A stretch of 64,000 nt of DNA from the human T2T-CHM13v2.0 reference genome, Homo sapiens. The stretch is from NCBI RefSeq assembly GCF_009914755.1, contig NC_060926.1; one strand, 5' to 3'. Under the pieces are notes generated by a model. That model was given only the letters and a program-made list of their open reading frames with translations. It was not told the origin of the DNA and did not search any database. Shown one piece after another: positions 60,715-64,000 of the stretch (its first letter is position 1; every line of letters starts with the position of its first letter). Both the position numbers and the translations under genes were made by a program.

Positions 60715-60930
60715 ATAATAATTGAGTGCTTTTCACATTCCAGGTGCTGAGCTGTTTTGCATTTCACGCCCCTCATCTTCATTTATATTGTTGTTCTTAA
60801 TTATCCCCATTTTACCGATGAGGAAAGGGAGATTGTAACCACCCCGAGGCTGCACAGCTAATACCCAGAGAGCAGAATTTCGCCACATGCGAAGATTCTA
60901 GCTAATCCTAAAATCTGTTTTTCACCAGAC
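60715..60930 (-). mobile_element. MIR fragment
   Basis: TTATCCCCATTTTACCGATGAGGAAA. Confidence 0.75.
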
Positions 60931-61321
60931 GACGCCGGCCCTTCCGGCTTGTCGTGCAGCACGGCATTATCTGGTACCCACCATTTGTATCCCGGCATCA
61001 TTTATCTTCTCCCTACCTTGTTGCCAAGGCACGTGTGGGTCCCTAACGGCTGGAAACACCAATTATTCAAGACACCCTAAGGGAGACCAGAAGGAAAGCG
61101 ATATTTAAGAAATGCAGGCACAGAAAAATTTAAGCATTTTAGACTCATTCTCCATCAGAAACAGGGAGGTCTTTGAAGAGGCTGCTTTTGTAAAAATTGC
61201 CAGCTGTACCCGGTCAGCACATTTTTGTTGTCTAACATTTGTTCTCAACCAGCAATTAGTCAATGACTCTAGAATTTCAGCGCAGATCCGATGAGTATAG
61301 AGGACGCGGTGTACGCCCTGT

Positions 61322-61335
61322 GTTGCCATGGCAAC
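61322..61335. promoter_or_regulatory. RFX X-box (perfect palindrome)
   Basis: GTTGCCATGGCAAC, exact RFX consensus, in a locally CpG-enriched non-repeat patch. Confidence 0.7.
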
Positions 61336-62148
61336 GCAGGCATGCACATCCTCCTCCCTTGGCTGCAGTGTGGTGGTGAACAGCACTCCGGTTGCTTAAG
61401 TGCTGTCTGCAGACACAAAGATGTGTTTGCCTGGTGAAATTACAGAGCTTTTCTTTCTACTTTTTAAGAATTTTCTACACTTTCTCCAATAAGTATGTGT
61501 TTTATAAGGAAAACAACAAAACAAGCAAACATGTTTATAGGTCTGCAGAGAAGAAGAGTTCTTGTAAACAGTGTTGAATATTCATGGTTCCCAAGATCGG
61601 CCGTTTCCCCGGCCTTTCACCGGTGAGAAGTAAGGCATCTGCTCTGGCCAGTGGCTTGCGTTCCATTGGTCACCCTTGGCATTGCTTCACATATGTTTGC
61701 GGCTGCCCTTTTTTAACCCCTTGGTGAATGTGATGTAGGAGGCAGAAGAAAGGCCTTCTGTTCTCCACAACAGCAGACCGCTGAGAGCCGATCATGTATC
61801 TGTTTTTAAGGAAAGCAAAACCTGTTTGCCAGAGATGAACATCCTTCACCCTGGAGCCAGCATCTGGTAGATTTGGGGGTTTGGGGATGGCAGGAATGAG
61901 TTACTCGATTCAGAGACCAAGAACTACTTCTGTGAAAGCATCATCTGGGTTTATGTTTGGAATGTCTAGTATCACATCCATAATGAACCTTTTTTTAAAA
62001 AAGTGGGCATCAGAATGAATCTTGCATGTCACCAAATCGAAAGCCAATCCTGAGTCATAGAAGCATTGACTGGTGCCAGAACTTCAAAGAAAGAAGGAAC
62101 ACTGCTTACCTTAAATTTTAATTGTTTACAGTTGTTTGCAAACCTTTT

Positions 62149-62422
62149 GGCTTGGTGGCTCACGCCTTTAATCCCAGCACTTTGGGAGGCTGAGACGGGC
62201 AGATCACCTGAGGGTCAGGGGATCGAGACCAGTGTGGCCAACATGGTGAAACCCCGTCTCTACTAAAATACAAAAAATTAGCCTGGCATGGTGGCGCACG
62301 CCTGCAGTCCCAGCTACTGAGGAGGCTGAGGCAGGGGGATCGCTTGAGGCGGAGGCTGCAGTGAGCTGAGATCACGCCACTGCACTCCAGCCTGATGACA
62401 GAGCAAAGCAAGACTGCCTCTT

Positions 62423-62446
<24 letters not shown>
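62149..62446 (+). mobile_element. AluS
   Basis: Sense dimer with poly-A and long flanking direct repeat. Confidence 0.93.
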
Positions 62447-62454
<8 letters not shown>

Positions 62455-64000
62455 TACCTTAAATTATAATTGTTTACGAACCTGTTTCACACATATTATC
62501 TCATCTGGCCCATGAGACTGGCAGGTGAGAAAAATGGGTATTAAATTATTGTTTACATCCCACTGACAAAAATAAACAGGGTCAGCTGGGTAAGGGACGT
62601 TTCCCGGATTCGTTAAGGGGCAGAAGTGGGACCACGGTGAGTTCGTTTGTTTCCAAATCCAGAGCCCCCCCCTTCCCTGCCCAGACCCAGGGCTGCCCCT
62701 AGACCATGCAGGGGAATGCTAGGTGGGAAATAGGACATTTTGTTGAAGCCCGATGCATGATTTAGCCCACCAGTACTTGGGTTCTAATATTCCATTGTGT
62801 GCTAAAAACAATGTACTTGGATCAAACTTTACCTTATATTCATGCAATCTCACAGTTATGTGGAAATCTAGCTATTATACAGAATTATTAGTCTACCTTT
62901 AGGGCTCCCCACAGCAACAAGCAAACTCACAGAGCCCAGGGCAGGAGGAGCTGTTCTGACTTCAGGCGGCCTTGCCAGGAGCCCGTTGGCCTGGGTGGAG
63001 CCCGTTGGCCTGGGTGTCCACTGTCAGAGGATGGAGATTGATCTGGGGTTACCTTTTTCAGCCTTTGCTTTGTTTGTCACCTGAAGGGGCTGGATCCCGA
63101 GCCCTGTAAGGCCCCCTTCGGCTGGTGCACACAAGAGGACAGGTTTGAGCCTCCACCAAGGTCTCTGGATTCCACTTTAAGTGCGGGCTTGGGTGTGGGA
63201 AGCTGCAGGCCAGCCTCGAGGGCAGCCTCCTGGAGGTGGAAGGGCAGCGGGGCGCGAGACTGCTGCGCTGGTGGGATGCTTGGATTCCCAGGCCCCAAGT
63301 CACTATTGGGGAACATTCTTTGAGGTTTAATAGTATTTTAGGATTTTTTAAAGGATAGATAATATCTAGATGTTGTGTTCTACCAAAACAAATATTGTTC
63401 TTTTGGAAATATGTTAGACCAAAAAAATGCATCTAGATCTTCGAGTTTTGACTTGGAAGTGCCTCAAGTGAGCGAGTGCCTGCTGTCTCAGACATGAGGT
63501 GGATGCTGAAGAGATTACCCCTGACTTCATAGTCTGCCTGTCTCAGAGCGTGGGCGGGTTGGCATCGTCTGCACGTTGACCGGGTCGTTTTTAGCTTTGC
63601 CCACTTTTCATTTTTGGCTTCACAGAGTGATGCCTCTGGAGCATCCCCTTGCGGAGCCTCAGCATCTCTTCTCTGCTTGGCCCACGTCTAGCAGTTCTTC
63701 TTCATCTTGCAGGGAAAGTGTGTTGGCAAACATGCTGGATACTGTCAGAATCAGAGCAGGCTGGATCCATGGCCGTATTCTGTAAAATTCCATTGTGTCT
63801 TTTTTTCCCCCAAGTAATCTGGCTCTGGGAGGAAACTCGCTGATTGGAGACTAGCTGAGAGGGCTTGGCTGGGATTCTGTGGGATGGGGCCTTCAGGAGG
63901 TGGAGCCGCCCCAGGCCATGGAGACCTGGAGATGCTCAGGGAAGGGGGTGGTCAGGCCCTGGGTCCCATGTTGGCAGCCTCCCTGGCCCAGCGTTGGGCT

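Noticed and set aside
62978-63017. 20-bp two-copy duplication (similar ones at ~28910, ~38367, ~59372)
   Set aside because: Ordinary slippage duplications with no evident function

Overview
Primate (almost certainly human or great ape) genomic DNA with no recognisable protein-coding exon, RNA gene or CRISPR array. The + strand looks T>A and G>C skewed by eye and most L1/L2 fragments are antisense, consistent with one long intron of a + strand gene; I cannot name the gene. The window is dominated by interspersed repeats: about 34 Alus, MIR/L2/L1M fragments, MaLR and ERVL LTRs (MLT1, MST, THE1, MLT2A) and DNA transposons (MER58, MER3, MER33, MER5, MER6A). The ORF track is explained by repeats and chance. 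The most unusual structures are: a 20-copy CpG-rich 34-bp minisatellite grown inside MER6A, with a palindromic double MRE-core in nearly every unit; a ~23-copy 30-bp minisatellite carrying a T-box/E-box motif; an 80-bp tandem duplication of a CTCF-like motif; a 76-bp perfect palindrome inside an old local duplication; a (TTC)20 Alu-tail repeat; back-to-back strong splice donors near 41.0 kb; a perfect RFX X-box; and a doubly interrupted AluJ. Repeat family calls are from memory of consensus sequences and boundaries are approximate. I see candidate regulatory or unstable elements, not evidence of a new multi-gene system.
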